Assembly (NCBI RefSeq): GCF_006345805.1
Contig: NC_043008.1
Location: forward strand, 66,030,001-66,094,000
Source of the DNA: Octopus sinensis
Lineage: Eukaryota
DNA length: 64,000 bases
Reading direction: 5' to 3'
Part shown: piece by piece, positions 49,319 through 61,999 of the stretch
Layout of the letters: each line of letters begins with the position of its first letter
Position numbering within the stretch: position 1 is the stretch's first letter
Translations under genes and position numbers: made by a program
Notes under the pieces: generated by a model
Told to the model about the DNA's origin: nothing
Database searches by the model: none
Seen by the model: only the letters and a program-made list of their open reading frames with translations

Positions 49319-49889
49319 AGAGTAGTTCGTATACGAGTGGGTATATATTTGAAAAAATAGAAGTTTGAAAACGCCACTATATAAGATAATTTTAATTTTA
49401 CATGTGTCGGTTCTTGAAAAAACGAACCTTATCAAAAACATTTATTATAAAAAGTATAATGGAACAGTTCATAATCGTTACATACATTCAATAGAATCCA
49501 TGTTCTTGAAAAGACGAACCTTATCAAATATATTATAAAGGGTATAAATGAAAAAGTCCATAGTCGTTCCTTACTGTTTTGTCGAGTGTAGTGGAGAAGT
49601 TCATTATAGATTTCTTGCTGGTATCAAAAGGAACCGCTTTTGTGTTCCCTTGAGTTCCAATGGAAGCAACAGTAGTGATTCTTGGTCGTCGTCTGTTGGT
49701 CGTAATTTTGGTAACCTTGGTGGTGGTTGGGGTTATATCAGCTAAGCTGTGGCTGTGACAGCAGCAGTAGCCGTAGTAAGGGTCTGTTGATCGTAGTAGC
49801 AGCAACAGTGGTCGGTTCTCTGGCACTGTTCACTGAATTCACATAGTTCCAAACCAATCAAAACCAAACTTCAACGAATATAAGGAAAA

Positions 49890-50093
49890 GACCCATAACT
49901 GTATCCTGTAAGGAAACCAACCAAGCAGGACGACAAGCTTGACCGCGGAAGAAAAACGTCATCAATTTTTTAACGAATCAAAATCAGATCTGACCCATAA
50001 CTGTATCTTGTAAGGAAACCAACCAAGCAGAACGACAAGTTTGACCACGGAGGCAAAACGTCATCAATTTTTTAACGAATCAATATCAGATCT
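49890..50093 (+). repeat. 2 x 102-bp tandem duplication
   Basis: Units 49890-49991 and 49992-50093, both GACCCATAACTGTATC...ATCAGATCT, with few substitutions. Confidence 0.95.
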
Positions 50094-50404
50094 GCTCGCA
50101 GAGAAAAAATCTTTTTATAAATTCATCTTTCCCTAAGACATACCACTGCCAGTGGGAGTGACTGTTTAAGGATCTGAGAAATTGTAATTCCCCCTACCTC
50201 CACTATTTTAATTATCTCACTGTGGCCGTAGCAGCAGTAGTAGCAGTAGGGGACTGTTGATCGTGGCAGCAATAGTAGCGACCACGGTGGTTGTAGTAGT
50301 AGTGGTAGTGGGAGTAGTCGTAGTGGTTGTGGTAGAATTTCATTTTTCTTTTTCGGAAGACCAATGTTTTGTTTTATATATATACATATAAACTTAGATA
50401 AACT

Positions 50405-50945
50405 TAGATATGTTTCGACCAAAGATTGGTCCAGGCCATGTCTAACTTAATAGCACCACCTGATAGAATTATTCGAATCCTGTTTAAGTCAAGTTTTGTT
50501 CAAGCAGTGAGTTCTTGTTGGGTGAGTTGTATCCAATTATGGGTGGCTTATCTGGTATTCTTTGAAGGAATCTATCCAGACTCCGTTTAAAGTTGATGGG
50601 ATCCTTTTCCTCTTTGATCTCCCTCGGGACAATGTTAAATAGGGCAGGGCCTGTTGAGGAGAAAGAAATTATGTTGCAGTGTACATGTATGTTGTGATCT
50701 TGAATTGGGCAGGGACGTATGGCCCGTGGTCCCAGTCTTGGATAAACCTTGAAGCTAACGTTAAGGTCGTTTGGGCAAGTTGGCGGTATATTCTCCACAT
50801 AATACAAATTGATACCGCTCACGGCGACACTGGAGGGAGTAAAGTTTCAAGGCTTTAAGGCGATCCCAATAATCGAGAGCAGCCATGCCTTCAATTCGTT
50901 TAGTGAGTGCCCTCTGGAGTGACTCAATCCTGGAGATGCTTTGTC
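50405..50945 (-). mobile_element. CR1-group LINE 3' fragment
   Basis: SISRIESLQRALTKRIEGMAALDYWDRLKALKLYSLQCRRERY / SFSSTGPALFNIVPREIKEEKDPINFKRSLDRFLQRIPDKPPIIGY...NSLLE. Confidence 0.85.
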
Positions 50946-51472
50946 TTGTATATATATTTATCCTGCCTGAAATTTTGGAGTACACCCGTCGAAACGCATG
51001 TAGAGGACTTCATGATATAAATGGAATGACATCTCAAGCGTTCGTCTTTTTATATTTTAATATTTTCTACTAAATAAGTTTTCCTATCCTGAGATTATTT
51101 CCTGGGACACTTAGGCAACTTTTAGCTTCATTGTAATTGTTCCCTTGGATTTCTCCTATTAATCGTAATCTCTCTCTCTATATATATATATATATGTATG
51201 CATATGTGTGTGTGTGTGTATTATACGAGTATATATGTATATGCATATATAGGCATAACATCTTAATACATATACGTGTATATATATGTATATGTGTGTA
51301 TGTTAGTGTATGTGCCTGTGTGTGTATTATACATATAAATATATATGTATATATGTATGTGTTTTATATGAGGATATGTGTACATACATACATACATACA
51401 TACATACACATACATACATACATACATACATACATACATACATACATACATACATAGGTATGTTCCTATACA

Positions 51473-51688
51473 CGAGGGGGTGCTGAAAAGTTCCTGGCTT
51501 TAAGGATATCGCGAAAGGCCAGGCTGGAGGCCAAACCTTCCGAGTTCTTCAACAGGGCTAAGAAAAACTGAAGGACCGCTGCAATGTATGTGTGAATCTG
51601 AAAAGGAAATGTATTGAATAAGACTATAATTAACTGATCTTCCTGTATTTTCTTTTACCCTAAGCCAGGAACCTTTCAGCACCCTCTT
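51473..51688 (+). mobile_element. Mariner-derived MITE (best copy)
   Basis: TIRs CGAGGGGGTGCTGAAAAGTTCCTGGCTT / AAGCCAGGAACTTTCAGCACCCTCTTG-TA; retains KLKDRCNVCVNLKRKCIE*, a mariner C-terminus. Confidence 0.85.
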
Positions 51689-52165
51689 GTATGTGTGCAG
51701 TTCCTTTATATACACGTATGTACACGAGTGAGGTTGAGCATGGATAAAATAGACGATGCATATGAATATGCGGATATAAGCACGGTGTGTGATACCCTGT
51801 GTATTTTTACTAATGCTTTGTATTACTATGTTGGTTGAACTAAATATAAGACATCTTGTGTTAACAACAGTCAATGACCTCCCGAAACATCATATACAAA
51901 TTAACACATCGCTTAAAACTATTTGTTTATATTAACAAGTTACTCTTACACATCTATCTACATAGCTACAATAATCATTCAAAGTTTACTATGTGTCAGT
52001 CATTATTTGAAGTTTCTCAGACCCGATCTTCAATTAACCGAAACTTGATGTTGAATAAATGTTTTTCTACTCTGGTGACCAATATAGAGTTCTTTCTTCG
52101 ATTTTGATCAAAGAAATTCATACCAGTGTGTATATCAAAACGTTAATAAAAAATTATTCAACATC

Positions 52166-52567
52166 GGCGCAGGAGTGGCTGTGTGATAAGTAGCTTGCTT
52201 ACCAGCCACATGGTTCCGAGTTCAGTCCCACTGCGTGGCACCTTGGGCAAGTGTCTTCTACAATAGCTCTGGGCCAACCAAAGCCTTGTGAGTGGATTTG
52301 GTAGACGGAAACTGAAAGAAGCCCGCCGTCTGTGTGTGTGTGTGTGTGTTTGTGTGTCTGTGTTTGTCCACCCCCACCCCCCAACATCGCTTTACAACCG
52401 ATGCTGGTGCGTTTACGTCCCCGTAACTTAGCGATCCGGCAAAACAGACCGATAGAATAAGTACTAGGCTTACAAAAAATAAGTCCTGGGGTCGATTTGC
52501 TCGACTAAAAGCGGTGCTCCAGCATGACCGCAATCAAATGACTGAAACAAGTAAAAGAGTAAAAGAG
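52166..52567 (+). mobile_element. SINE A, full length
   Basis: GGCGCAGGAGTGGCTGTGTGATAAG...GAAACAAGTAAAAGAGTAAAAGAG. Confidence 0.9.
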
Positions 52568-52577
52568 CTGTTTATAT

Positions 52578-53006
52578 TAATAATAATCCTTCCTATTATA
52601 GGCACAAAGCCGCAAATTTGGAGGATGGGGATAATAGACTACATCGACCCCAGTACTTAACTGGTACTTATTTTATTGATCGCGAAAGGATGAAAGGCAA
52701 AGTCGACATCGGCGGAATTTGGACTCAGAACGTGAAGACGGACGAAATGCCGCTAAGCATTTTGTCCGGCGTGCTAACGATTCTGCCAGCTCACCGCCTT
52801 GCTTATATTATTAATAATGATATCTTACACGGATACAATGGTCACAGATTCGGGCTTCGTTCCTTGCCTGCTACCTTATTTTATCAACATCGAAATGATA
52901 GGACCTAAAGCTGATCTCAGTGGGAATTGAACTCAGAACATGAAAACGGACGAAACGCCGTTAAACATTTTGCGTGGCGTGCTAACGATTCAGCCAGCTT
53001 GCCTTA
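52578..53006 (-). mobile_element. Two SINE B copies (52578-52800 full, 52875-53006 partial)
   Basis: Family B core and head in both; (ATT)n-type tail. Confidence 0.8.
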
Positions 53007-53019
53007 ATAATAATAATGG

Positions 53020-53350
53020 TTTATTTTATTGGCCACAAGGGCCAAGACTTAGAGGACAATATCAAAGGACGAGGTACAATACACAAAATAGGTGGGGTTT
53101 ACATCGATCAAAGCGAGACACTACAACATTAAAGAATATAACAAAAGATATATAAATAAAGGTTAGAGAATAAATAACTGATAAATAAATAGAATCCCCA
53201 ATAGCGGGTAAGTCTACTTAGGATAATTCGGGATAAACTCACACAAAAGTCCCGGATTTCTCTGCCATCCCCAGGGTACTTTAATCTCATATACTTCACG
53301 CAATCGAAACCCTTATTCTTATAATTCTGACTGAATTTGTCACGTACTGG
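53020..53350 (-). mobile_element. LINE-like 3' end with a tail resembling SINE B (putative)
   Basis: Minus strand ends ...GTCCTCTAAGTCTTGGCCCTTGTGGCCAATAAAATAAACC(ATT)n. Confidence 0.35.
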
Positions 53351-53377
53351 TTTTGTAATTCTTTTTTTCTTATGTTT

Positions 53378-53560
53378 GAAGGCGCGTGGCTCGGTGGTTA
53401 CAACGTCGGGCTCACAATCCTGAGGTAGTGAGTTCGATTCTCGGACCGGGCTGTGTGTTGTCTTCTTGTGTAAGACACTTTATTTCAGTTTACTCCAGTA
53501 CACTCAGCTGTAGAAATGAGTTGTGACGTCACTGGTGCTAATTTGTATCAGCTTTTGTCT
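53378..53560 (+). mobile_element. SINE E-type
   Basis: GAAGGCGCGTGGCTCGGTGGTTAC...GAGTTCGATTCTCGG...AAGACACTTTATTTC...CACTCAGCTGTAGAAATGAG. Confidence 0.7.
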
Positions 53561-53689
53561 TGGGGCTGGTATGCACAGGCGACTGTTAGTTTTCCATAAA
53601 CAACCTTGACCGGACTTGTACCTCGGAGGGTAACTTACTAGGTGCAATTCTTTGGTCATTTATGACCGAAAGGAGTCTTTACCCTTATT

Positions 53690-54430
53690 TCTCATGTGAA
53701 GGACAGTGAACTTCAATGCGTCGCAGGAAGAAATAGCCTCGTCCTAAATTCTCTCCTTGCCTTCTCTTGGCCTGAATATTTTGGTAGGCGTGGGAGCCGT
53801 TCTTTATTTCATAACGTTTCGCATTGTCCTAGGCTGTCTACCGCCCCTGCTCATTTCTATCTTATTTTTATTTCGAAAGATAATGGCATATCCTGGATAA
53901 TGAAGTATCGGCTTCATAATCTGTTCTTGGGATCAAAGGATGAGTTGATCACCTCCGCCATTTCGTGAGTTACGGTTGGTGATGCCTTGACACAGCAGCC
54001 CCTTAGCCTGTTGTAGTCATTACAATCTGTGCCCTTTCTTACTTTTCAGCTTCTCTACATTTTCTTCGTAGAAAGATTACAAATGTCCTTGACTACGAAA
54101 TGTGTTGGCACCAGGGAAATTTTCCCAGCATCACCAGTCTTAAATCCTTTCTCTAAACACCCACTGCGGGACACATCTCCAAAATTTCCTGTTGTTTTCA
54201 AGATTCATCAGATATCGAATGTCCATAAAGACCCACCAGACCAAATGACTTTAAAAGTTGCATTAGCGCTAACCACCTGCCTATATTGCGCCACTGACCA
54301 ACGGTCAATGTCGTCTCACATATCTTTAACAGTGGCTGTCGTATTTCTTTATCCTGTTTATCGGGAGATTAGCTTATATAAGCAGGAGTGTAACGAACTA
54401 GTTCAGCTTTCCTCCTCATTTTGTCCTTAG
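53690..54430 (-). mobile_element. Very old RTE-like fragment (putative)
   Basis: Remnants QYRQ, NRKFW, EKLKSKK and FRT...SCDA..FT in RTE ORF order. Confidence 0.3.
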
Positions 54431-54441
54431 TTTTAAACAAA

Positions 54442-54826
54442 ACTAGCAGTATCGCCCGGCGTTGCTCGGGTTTGTTTCGACCCTTTAGAATTGGAATTTT
54501 TGAAAAGTAAAAATTTTGCATTATGTAGCTTGCTATTTTCTTTAAGTGGATATTTTTCTGGTTGATATACACGGAGAAATGGCGACACAGCAGTAAAAAA
54601 AATCTTTAAAAATAGGGATTATCATAGAAAAAAATCACCTTTTTGATATAAATAATTTTTGGTGTTAACATGGTCTGATTTGATTTTTTTCTTCTACGGA
54701 AGGAAGAGCAAACCTTCTTCTATCATACTCTCAATTTTGGTCAACTTGAGCCACAGAGTCTCGAAGGAGTTGAAGGCTACCAAACCTGCCATACACAGAC
54801 AACTTCAGCTTTATATATAGAGAGAT
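54442..54826 (+). mobile_element. Non-autonomous Helitron/HINE-like element
   Basis: ACTAGCAGTATCGCCCGGCGTTGCTCGGG head (one substitution from 32265), different interior, 3' ACAGACAACTTCAGCTTTATATATAGAGAGAT. Confidence 0.65.
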
Positions 54827-55274
54827 AAATGCGTATAGTTACAGATCATCTGAAGCAAGCCGATAAAATAGAACGCTATCAACATATCGGCCATTCCCCT
54901 GTTTATTCGAGGACACGGTAACGGTATATTGCTCTTACACACATGCACGCGCGCGTGTAAGTATATTACTCAACTTACGCCGACTTGTACCATTGCCAAC
55001 GGTCAACAGAGAACACCAGATTACACTAACTGATCTTTGATAATCAATGACAGACAGAATGCCGCGATTTAGTAATAGTTCTATCTACCATCTTGTTATC
55101 CGACATTAATGACCGGCTAAACTGAACGAACGCACATTCGCATAAAACTCCGATTATATATGGAGGGAATCATTCACTTTTTTTAAAATGTATTAAGTAC
55201 GCGATTTCTGGTTTCCATTTCTAAACGAAAACACACACACACACGTGTGTGTGTATTGCGCATGCATGTTTGTG

Positions 55275-55322
<48 letters not shown>

Positions 55323-55377
55323 GTAAATAAGTATTATGCATGTATATATGCACATACACACACGCACATACATATAC

Positions 55378-55422
<45 letters not shown>

Positions 55423-55503
55423 TACAAATATATATATACATATATATATAATATAATATATATATGTACTATATATATAATACATATTATATATATATGT
55501 ATG

Positions 55504-55542
<39 letters not shown>

Positions 55543-56125
55543 CATATATATACATATATATATAGTACATATATAGTACATATATATATAATACATATAT
55601 ATATATATGTATATATATAGTACATATATATAATATATATATATGTATGTATGTATGTATGTATATGTACACACACATATGTATGTAGTATGCATGTATA
55701 TATTAACACGCACACCGAGACATCTCTTTTTAGTGCGTACCGAGCTACGTTGTGTTAAACAAAACAAACACGAAACAGCATTTAACCACAATATCACTAT
55801 TTACACATAGACCGCCAGACAGACAGACAGAGAGAGAGAGAGACACACACACACACACACACACACATACACACACACACACACATACACACACACACGT
55901 GACAGTATGATTTTATATAACTGTTTACAACATCGTCACTGCTATCAATACCATAAACACTTGCAACAACAGTAACTATAACAGGGATTAAAGAACATGG
56001 AGAAAAAAAATCTTGTAAAAAACAAGAAAAGAAAAAAAAAAAATTCCCCCGCATGTTTCTCTCATTATCTTCAAATTTCCCCGACGCGCTATACGAGTGT
56101 ATGATTGCGTCAGTATGTGTATATA

Positions 56126-56170
<45 letters not shown>

Positions 56171-56270
56171 TGTGAGTGAGTGTCTGTGTCTGTGTGTGTA
56201 TGTATATATATATATATATATATGTGTATGTATACACACACACATACACATACACATATATATATGTATG

Positions 56271-56313
<43 letters not shown>

Positions 56314-56335
56314 ACACACACACACATACACATAT

Positions 56336-56403
<68 letters not shown>

Positions 56404-56779
56404 ATATATTATATATATATATGTACATAATACTTGTCTATATATGTACGTCTGTGAATATATAAATATATATATAGAGAGAGGAAGGTGACTGTGTTTG
56501 TATTTTGCGTATTTATGAATAGACACCTACACCTTGAAGCAGACGTCACACTACGTATAATGAAAGCCATAAAGATACATAGATAGACAGACAGGCAGGG
56601 AGACAAACAGATAGTCAGACAGATAGACAGACAGATAGATAGATACGTCTGTGTATGCGCATATATGGATGCACACAGACACACACAGATATGTATGTGT
56701 GTTTTTTTTATGTTCATTTATAATAATAACAATGTTACATTAATCTGAAGGGTTATTCCATACTTTTGTAGAGTACAAA

Positions 56780-57500
56780 TTTATCATTCTTTAACACGAA
56801 TAGTATTAACAGCGGCTTCCAAGTTTCGGCCGGCTAATCCACCATCGGACTGTGATTAATTAAGTTAATCTTCGCTTTATATTGTCTCTGCTGAGACGAA
56901 AATAAAAGTCGTGGATTTGTGGGGTTCAGTTAAACGTTAAGTAAGGTGCAGCATAAATTGTAATGGGGAAGAGGAGAAATTTTTATTGATTATTTTTGGG
57001 GTCATGTTATTGTTCAGAATTTATTCAAGCATGTAGAACTTTGTAGACAGGTGTGTATATTTAGGCGTGTCAGCTTCAGGTCATGGGGTTGTATTTTTGA
57101 GGCCCACATAAAGAAAATAGATATATAGATAGAGGAAGTCTTTTGGTCAGCGGATATGTCATTAGTTTTAGTTGTTTTTGGTTTTATTGGATTGTATCTT
57201 TTGCTTTGGCAATGTAAAGGTGAAAGTTCAAAGTTTAGTGAGTCAACTTTTTTTCTTTCTGTAATGGAAATTTTAAAGGGTTCGCAAAAATGTTATGTTT
57301 CGTAGGTTACTAAGTTTCTTTACTTGTTGATGTTATTTAGGATATTTCCTGTTTGTATTTGGAAGGAAGAGGTTATTTGTCATGCATATCATAGTATAGT
57401 TAGTATAGAACTTAGTTTAACTCGTGCTTTGATGTTCACAAAAGATGTTGGTCAGTATATTTCCTTCTAGTGGTTCGTTGTTCTATAAACAATTTGATTA
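56780..57500 (-). mobile_element. Decayed Penelope-like 3' part with hammerhead relic
   Basis: Remnants PLEGNILTN, ICMTNN, IAKAK.YNP; downstream CACAGT-CCGATGG-tggattagccggcc-GAAAC at 56817-56854. Confidence 0.45.
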
Positions 57501-57825
57501 ATATGTAGAGATTTGTTGGTTACGTGCTTATAAATATCTCTTCAATTCTGTTTCAAATGTGGATACTTAATAGTATATAATCCTGGGTTTATAGATATGT
57601 GCTAAAATAAGGTATATACTCTTGTATAAAAATAGGAATAAAAATAAGATTCAATTTAAGAAATTGCTTTAAATATCTAAAAATTAAAAATTTCTTTTGT
57701 ATGGTCAACAAATGCATAGATTCCACGGTAAAGGAAGAGTCCCGCTAAGATATAAGGATAAGTTGAAGCAATTACTAAAATCCCAATAGCTTAATGTAAC
57801 ATCTTGGGAAAGTTACTGTCTAGAT

Positions 57826-57900
57826 CAGGGGTGGAGAAACCCTCGCCCACGGACGCAATTGCACCCGTGAGAACATTTTATTGCCTCCACAGGCTGATAT
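57826..57900 (+). mobile_element. hAT/Charlie-type 5' end
   Basis: CAGGGGTGGAGAAACCCTCGCCCACGG preceded by GTCTAGAT (Charlie target consensus). Confidence 0.55.
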
Positions 57901-58364
57901 ACTCGTATGTACAAAATATAGTAAAGTTTTCAATTATTAAATTTATAAAATATTCATATGCCTGTTTGCTACATAGGTCACGTTTCCACAACAACTTAAA
58001 ATGGTTAGACTCGAACAGAAATCGCCCGATAATTGTCATTCGAATGGAAATTTTATTTTCACTATAAAACACATATTGCTAGGTTTGTACTTCTCCCTTG
58101 AGACCCGACTATACTCTAGTTCCTTGTTTCCAAACTGGGTCGCCAAAATGTTCAAAACCCTGGGTTTTCTGGTTTTAGCTAAAACTGGAACTTTTGAACA
58201 TGTACTACATAGAACCCCTAATTTATGTGTTAAAAAGAAACTTACAGATATAATGCATTTAATGCGACATGTCACGACGAAAGCAAGGCGTACACGCACG
58301 TACTTGAATACAGGCGTCTCGCTGCGGCTTAATCGATCGGTGCGGGGGGATGAATGCAACAAGT

Positions 58365-58473
58365 CTAGAATATACCCCGACCCAGACTATACCCGGGAGT
58401 AGTCTGGACTAGCCCAGACTATACCCTCTCCAGACAACCAGACCAGAATATACCCCTTTCCAGATTACACCCC
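58365..58473. repeat. Cluster of CCAGA(C/A)TATACCC motifs (5 direct, 1 inverted)
   Basis: Copies at 58365, 58382, 58413, 58443 and 58460; inverted TAGTCTGG at 58400. Confidence 0.75.
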
Positions 58474-58607
58474 ATGCTTGCAGACAAATAATACAGATGT
58501 ACCTCACTTGTGAAAGCTGCCTCAGAACATATATAAAATTTCATATCACTACATGAATAATTAAAAGTTACATGGAAATTTCAATTTAAACATAGCAATT
58601 TAGAATT

Positions 58608-58735
58608 ATGTTCTGTTTCGCTGTGCTTACTGCTGGTGGACTAGAAAAGCCACAGCGTGTTCTGTGCTCTGAAGTATTGGCAGCTTCTTCGCTGAAGCCC
58701 AGCAGGCTAAAGAGGCATTTGGAAACGAAACTTCA
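58608..58735 (+). pseudogene. hAT Buster/Charlie transposase N-terminal (BED zinc finger) relic
   Basis: GLEKPQRVLCSEVLAASSLKPSRLKRHLETK matches the PQCVLCxEVLAxxSLKPSKLKRHLETKH pattern. Confidence 0.85.
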
Positions 58736-58812
58736 AAATTCCAGCTCTATATCAAACCACTGCAACTGTGGGCGAGTTTATTGCCGAAACTATGTTCCTG
58801 ATGATTATTATT

Positions 58813-58878
<66 letters not shown>

Positions 58879-59080
58879 AAGGCGGCGAGCTGGCGGAATC
58901 GTTAGCACGTCGGGCGAAATACTTCGCGGTATTTCCTCTGCCGTTACGTTCTGAGTTCAAATTCCGCCGAAGTCGATTTTGCCTTTCATCTTGTCGAGGT
59001 CGATAAAGTAAGTACCAGTTAAGCACTGGTGTCGATATAATTGACTATCCATTCCGCCCAAAATTTCAGATCCTGAAAGG
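58879..59080 (+). mobile_element. SINE B
   Basis: AAGGCGGCGAGCTGGCGGAATCG...GAAAGG followed by (ATT)n. Confidence 0.9.
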
Positions 59081-59141
59081 ATTGTTATTGTTGTTATTAT
59101 TATTGTTGTTATTATTATTGTTGTTATTATTATTATTATTA

Positions 59142-59179
<38 letters not shown>

Positions 59180-59250
59180 CATCATCATCATCATCATTAT
59201 TATTATTATTATTATTAGATTATTATTATTATTATTATATTATTATTATT

Positions 59251-59650
59251 CAGTAGTTTTATTTTTATAGCGTGCTTTCACTTCACTACCGAGCGCAGCT
59301 CTGTGTGCCTTGGGTATGTGCTGTGATTTGTTGTGATGTTCTGATGGTTATTGTATGGAAAGTGTTCTGCGTAGGATGTGTGCAGTGCCTAGTAGTGCAA
59401 TTTTCTGTATGTTATATGTGTTTGTAAGTCCTGGTGTTTTTGTTATGTATTTGTCTGAATATTTTTTTTTATCATGCCTAATGCACCTACTATGATAGGA
59501 ATTGTTTCTGTTTTCAGATTCCACATTCTAGTTACCTCTATTTCCAGGTCTTTGTATTTTGAGAGTTTCTCCATTTCTTTTAGAGACACGTGGTCATCTG
59601 CCGGTATTGATACATCAATTAGAAAGCATTTTTTTTCTTCATGATCTCTT
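59251..59650 (-). mobile_element. R4/Dong-like 3' fragment, same family as 13894
   Basis: RDHEEKKCFLIDVSIPADDHVSLKEMEKLSKYKDLEIEVTRMW...GTAHILRRTLSIQ*; 3' end AAAACTACTG followed by (AAT)n. Confidence 0.9.
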
Positions 59651-59684
59651 CACAGAACACGCTGTGGCTTTTCTAGTCCACCAG

Positions 59685-59765
59685 TACCAGCCAAGTGCTG
59701 GCGTCAATGTAATCGACTAGTTTCCCACCACCAAATTTCAAGTCTTGTGCCTATAGCAGAAAGGA
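59685..59765 (+). mobile_element. SINE B 3' fragment
   Basis: taccagccaagtgctggcgtcaatgtaatcgac...cttgtgcctatagcagaaagg followed by (ATT)n. Confidence 0.7.
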
Positions 59766-59820
59766 TTATTACTATTATTATTATTATTATTATTATTATT
59801 TATTATTATTATTATTATTA

Positions 59821-60392
59821 TTTTATGTTTGACTTTTGCTTTACATTTGTACAAGTTGGTTCCAAGTCTCACCCAGAGACTTCAAGAGACAACAAGTTGG
59901 AAGTTCATGTTGGTGTTATGCCTAAGGTGTCATATATATGGTTTTGTACATAGTGTTGTTCTAGAGAATGTTTAAGAAACCATAAGAAAATTATGTTTGT
60001 TTTAAAACTTGAGATTACATAGAAAGTATTTTGCGTAGGATATGAGCAGTTCCCATGAGCACTATCTTTTGAATTCCTGCCATTTTGGCGGTTTCCTGGT
60101 ATCTGAGCTAGGTAGCAATCAGACCCTTTTGCTATCATTCCCAAGGCAACTATGACAGCAGGTATTGTTTTAGTCTTCAGGTTCCACATTTTGCTGATTT
60201 CTATTTCAAGATCTTTATATTTGCTCAGTTTTTGGTAGGTCTTGACAGATACGTTTATATCGATTGGGACAGTCATATCAATGAGGAGGCATGTTTTTTG
60301 TCTGAAGTCTTTCAATATGATGTCTGGCCTATTCGCATCTATCTTTCTGTCAGTTTGAATGGTGAAATTCCTGAGGAGTGAGATGTGATTAT

Positions 60393-60393
<1 letters not shown>
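59821..60393 (-). mobile_element. R4/Dong-like 3' fragment, second family (different 3' UTR)
   Basis: LLRNFTIQTDRKIDANRPDIILKDFRQKTCLLIDMTVPIDINVSVKTYQKLSKYKDLEIEISKMWNLKT (PD...D..K RLE motifs); TAA repeats on both sides. Confidence 0.9.
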
Positions 60394-60456
<63 letters not shown>

Positions 60457-60516
60457 CATCATTATTATTATTATTATATTATTATTATTATTATTATTAT
60501 ATTATTATTATTATTA

Positions 60517-60566
<50 letters not shown>

Positions 60567-61421
60567 TTATTACCATTATCTCATGACATCTACAGACATT
60601 GTTTCATACAAATATTTCATACATTTTTATCAAATCTTATCTTATTTGTATTTGTGTTTTCATTGTTGTTCTAGGAAATACTTGTTCTAATAAATCTAAA
60701 TTAGATCCATCCTTCTGCAGGTGCTATTTAAATCTGGTTCCAATAGCACCCTTTGTAATGGCAGAGAAATCTGCAGGAATTTGGTTTATACAAGGAAGAA
60801 ATAACAAATACAAAACCTGAGCAGATATGTTTCGTTTAAGAAGCACTTAGATTTAGAGGTCTTGTTCTTTTTTGTTTTCCTTTTTGACTAGTTGTTTTCT
60901 TTTTTATGTCGTTTTATTGTTATTGTTTTGAATTTCTTGTAGTAAAAGATAACGGCCGGATTGCCTTCGTGAACAGATGGTTTAAAGTTGGTTGACTTTC
61001 CACACTGAAAAACAAAACAGATGGTGTTACATGCATTAAGTGTCATCAGATAAGAGCTTATGTGGGCCCAAGCAGGTGTAAAACCTCAGAATGAAAGCAA
61101 AAACCGTACAATGTATACAAAAGAAAACGAAACAAAATGCCAAATATTTGGGCAGTGGTTACGATGTTTCTTAACGCTCTCTCTCTCTCTCCTCGATCTC
61201 TTCCTCCGTCTTTCTTTCTCTCTCTCTCTCACTTTCTCTCTCTCCCTCTTTTTTCTTTTTCTCTCTTCTCCCTCTCTCTGTATCCATATGTACACAAACA
61301 CACACTCATAAATAAACTCGCATACACGGGCGTACTCATACATAAACACATGCACACGCATACAAACACCAACACATACACGTGTGTGTCTGTTTGTGTG
61401 AGTGTGTGTGTGTGTGTCTGT

Positions 61422-61453
<32 letters not shown>

Positions 61454-61478
61454 TGTATGCGTTTGTGTGTGTGTCTGT

Positions 61479-61670
61479 GAAGGCATGTGGCCGAATGGTT
61501 AGAGTATTGCACCCGCGAGGATAATGGGTTCGATCCCCGAACCGGGCGGCGCATTGTATTCTTGAGCAAAACACTTCATTTCACGCTGTGGTGTAGCATC
61601 ATTCGAAAGCTAAAACAATGTGAAGCGCATTGTGACCAGCGATGTATAACAACATGCGGTAATCTGGATT
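61479..61670 (+). mobile_element. SINE E
   Basis: GAAGGCATGTGGCCGAATGGTTAGAG...GGGTTCGATCCCCG...TTCTTGAGCAAAACACTTCATTTCAC. Confidence 0.8.
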
Positions 61671-61948
61671 GATATACATATATATGTATATACATAAAAG
61701 AGGAGAGGACCGAAATCCTTCAAAGGGGTTTCAAACATCCAAGTCCGCCGGTACAGTCCAAGCGAAGAATATACATATGTAAAGATCGTCTATAACTATA
61801 ATTTTTTTTCCTTTCCTTATATATATATATATACAGAGAGACAGACAGACAGACAGACAGATATACAGACAGAGGGAGAGAGAGAGACGGAGTACACACG
61901 TATATATAGAAGCACTGTATAAACACACACATATATACATACGTATAT

Positions 61949-61992
<44 letters not shown>

Positions 61993-61999
<7 letters not shown>

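Noticed and set aside
60940-61075. Strong acceptor-like tract (TTTCTTGTAG) followed by KDNGRIAFVNR
   Set aside because: In-frame stop soon after and no convincing donor; a terminal or non-coding exon cannot be excluded without transcripts.
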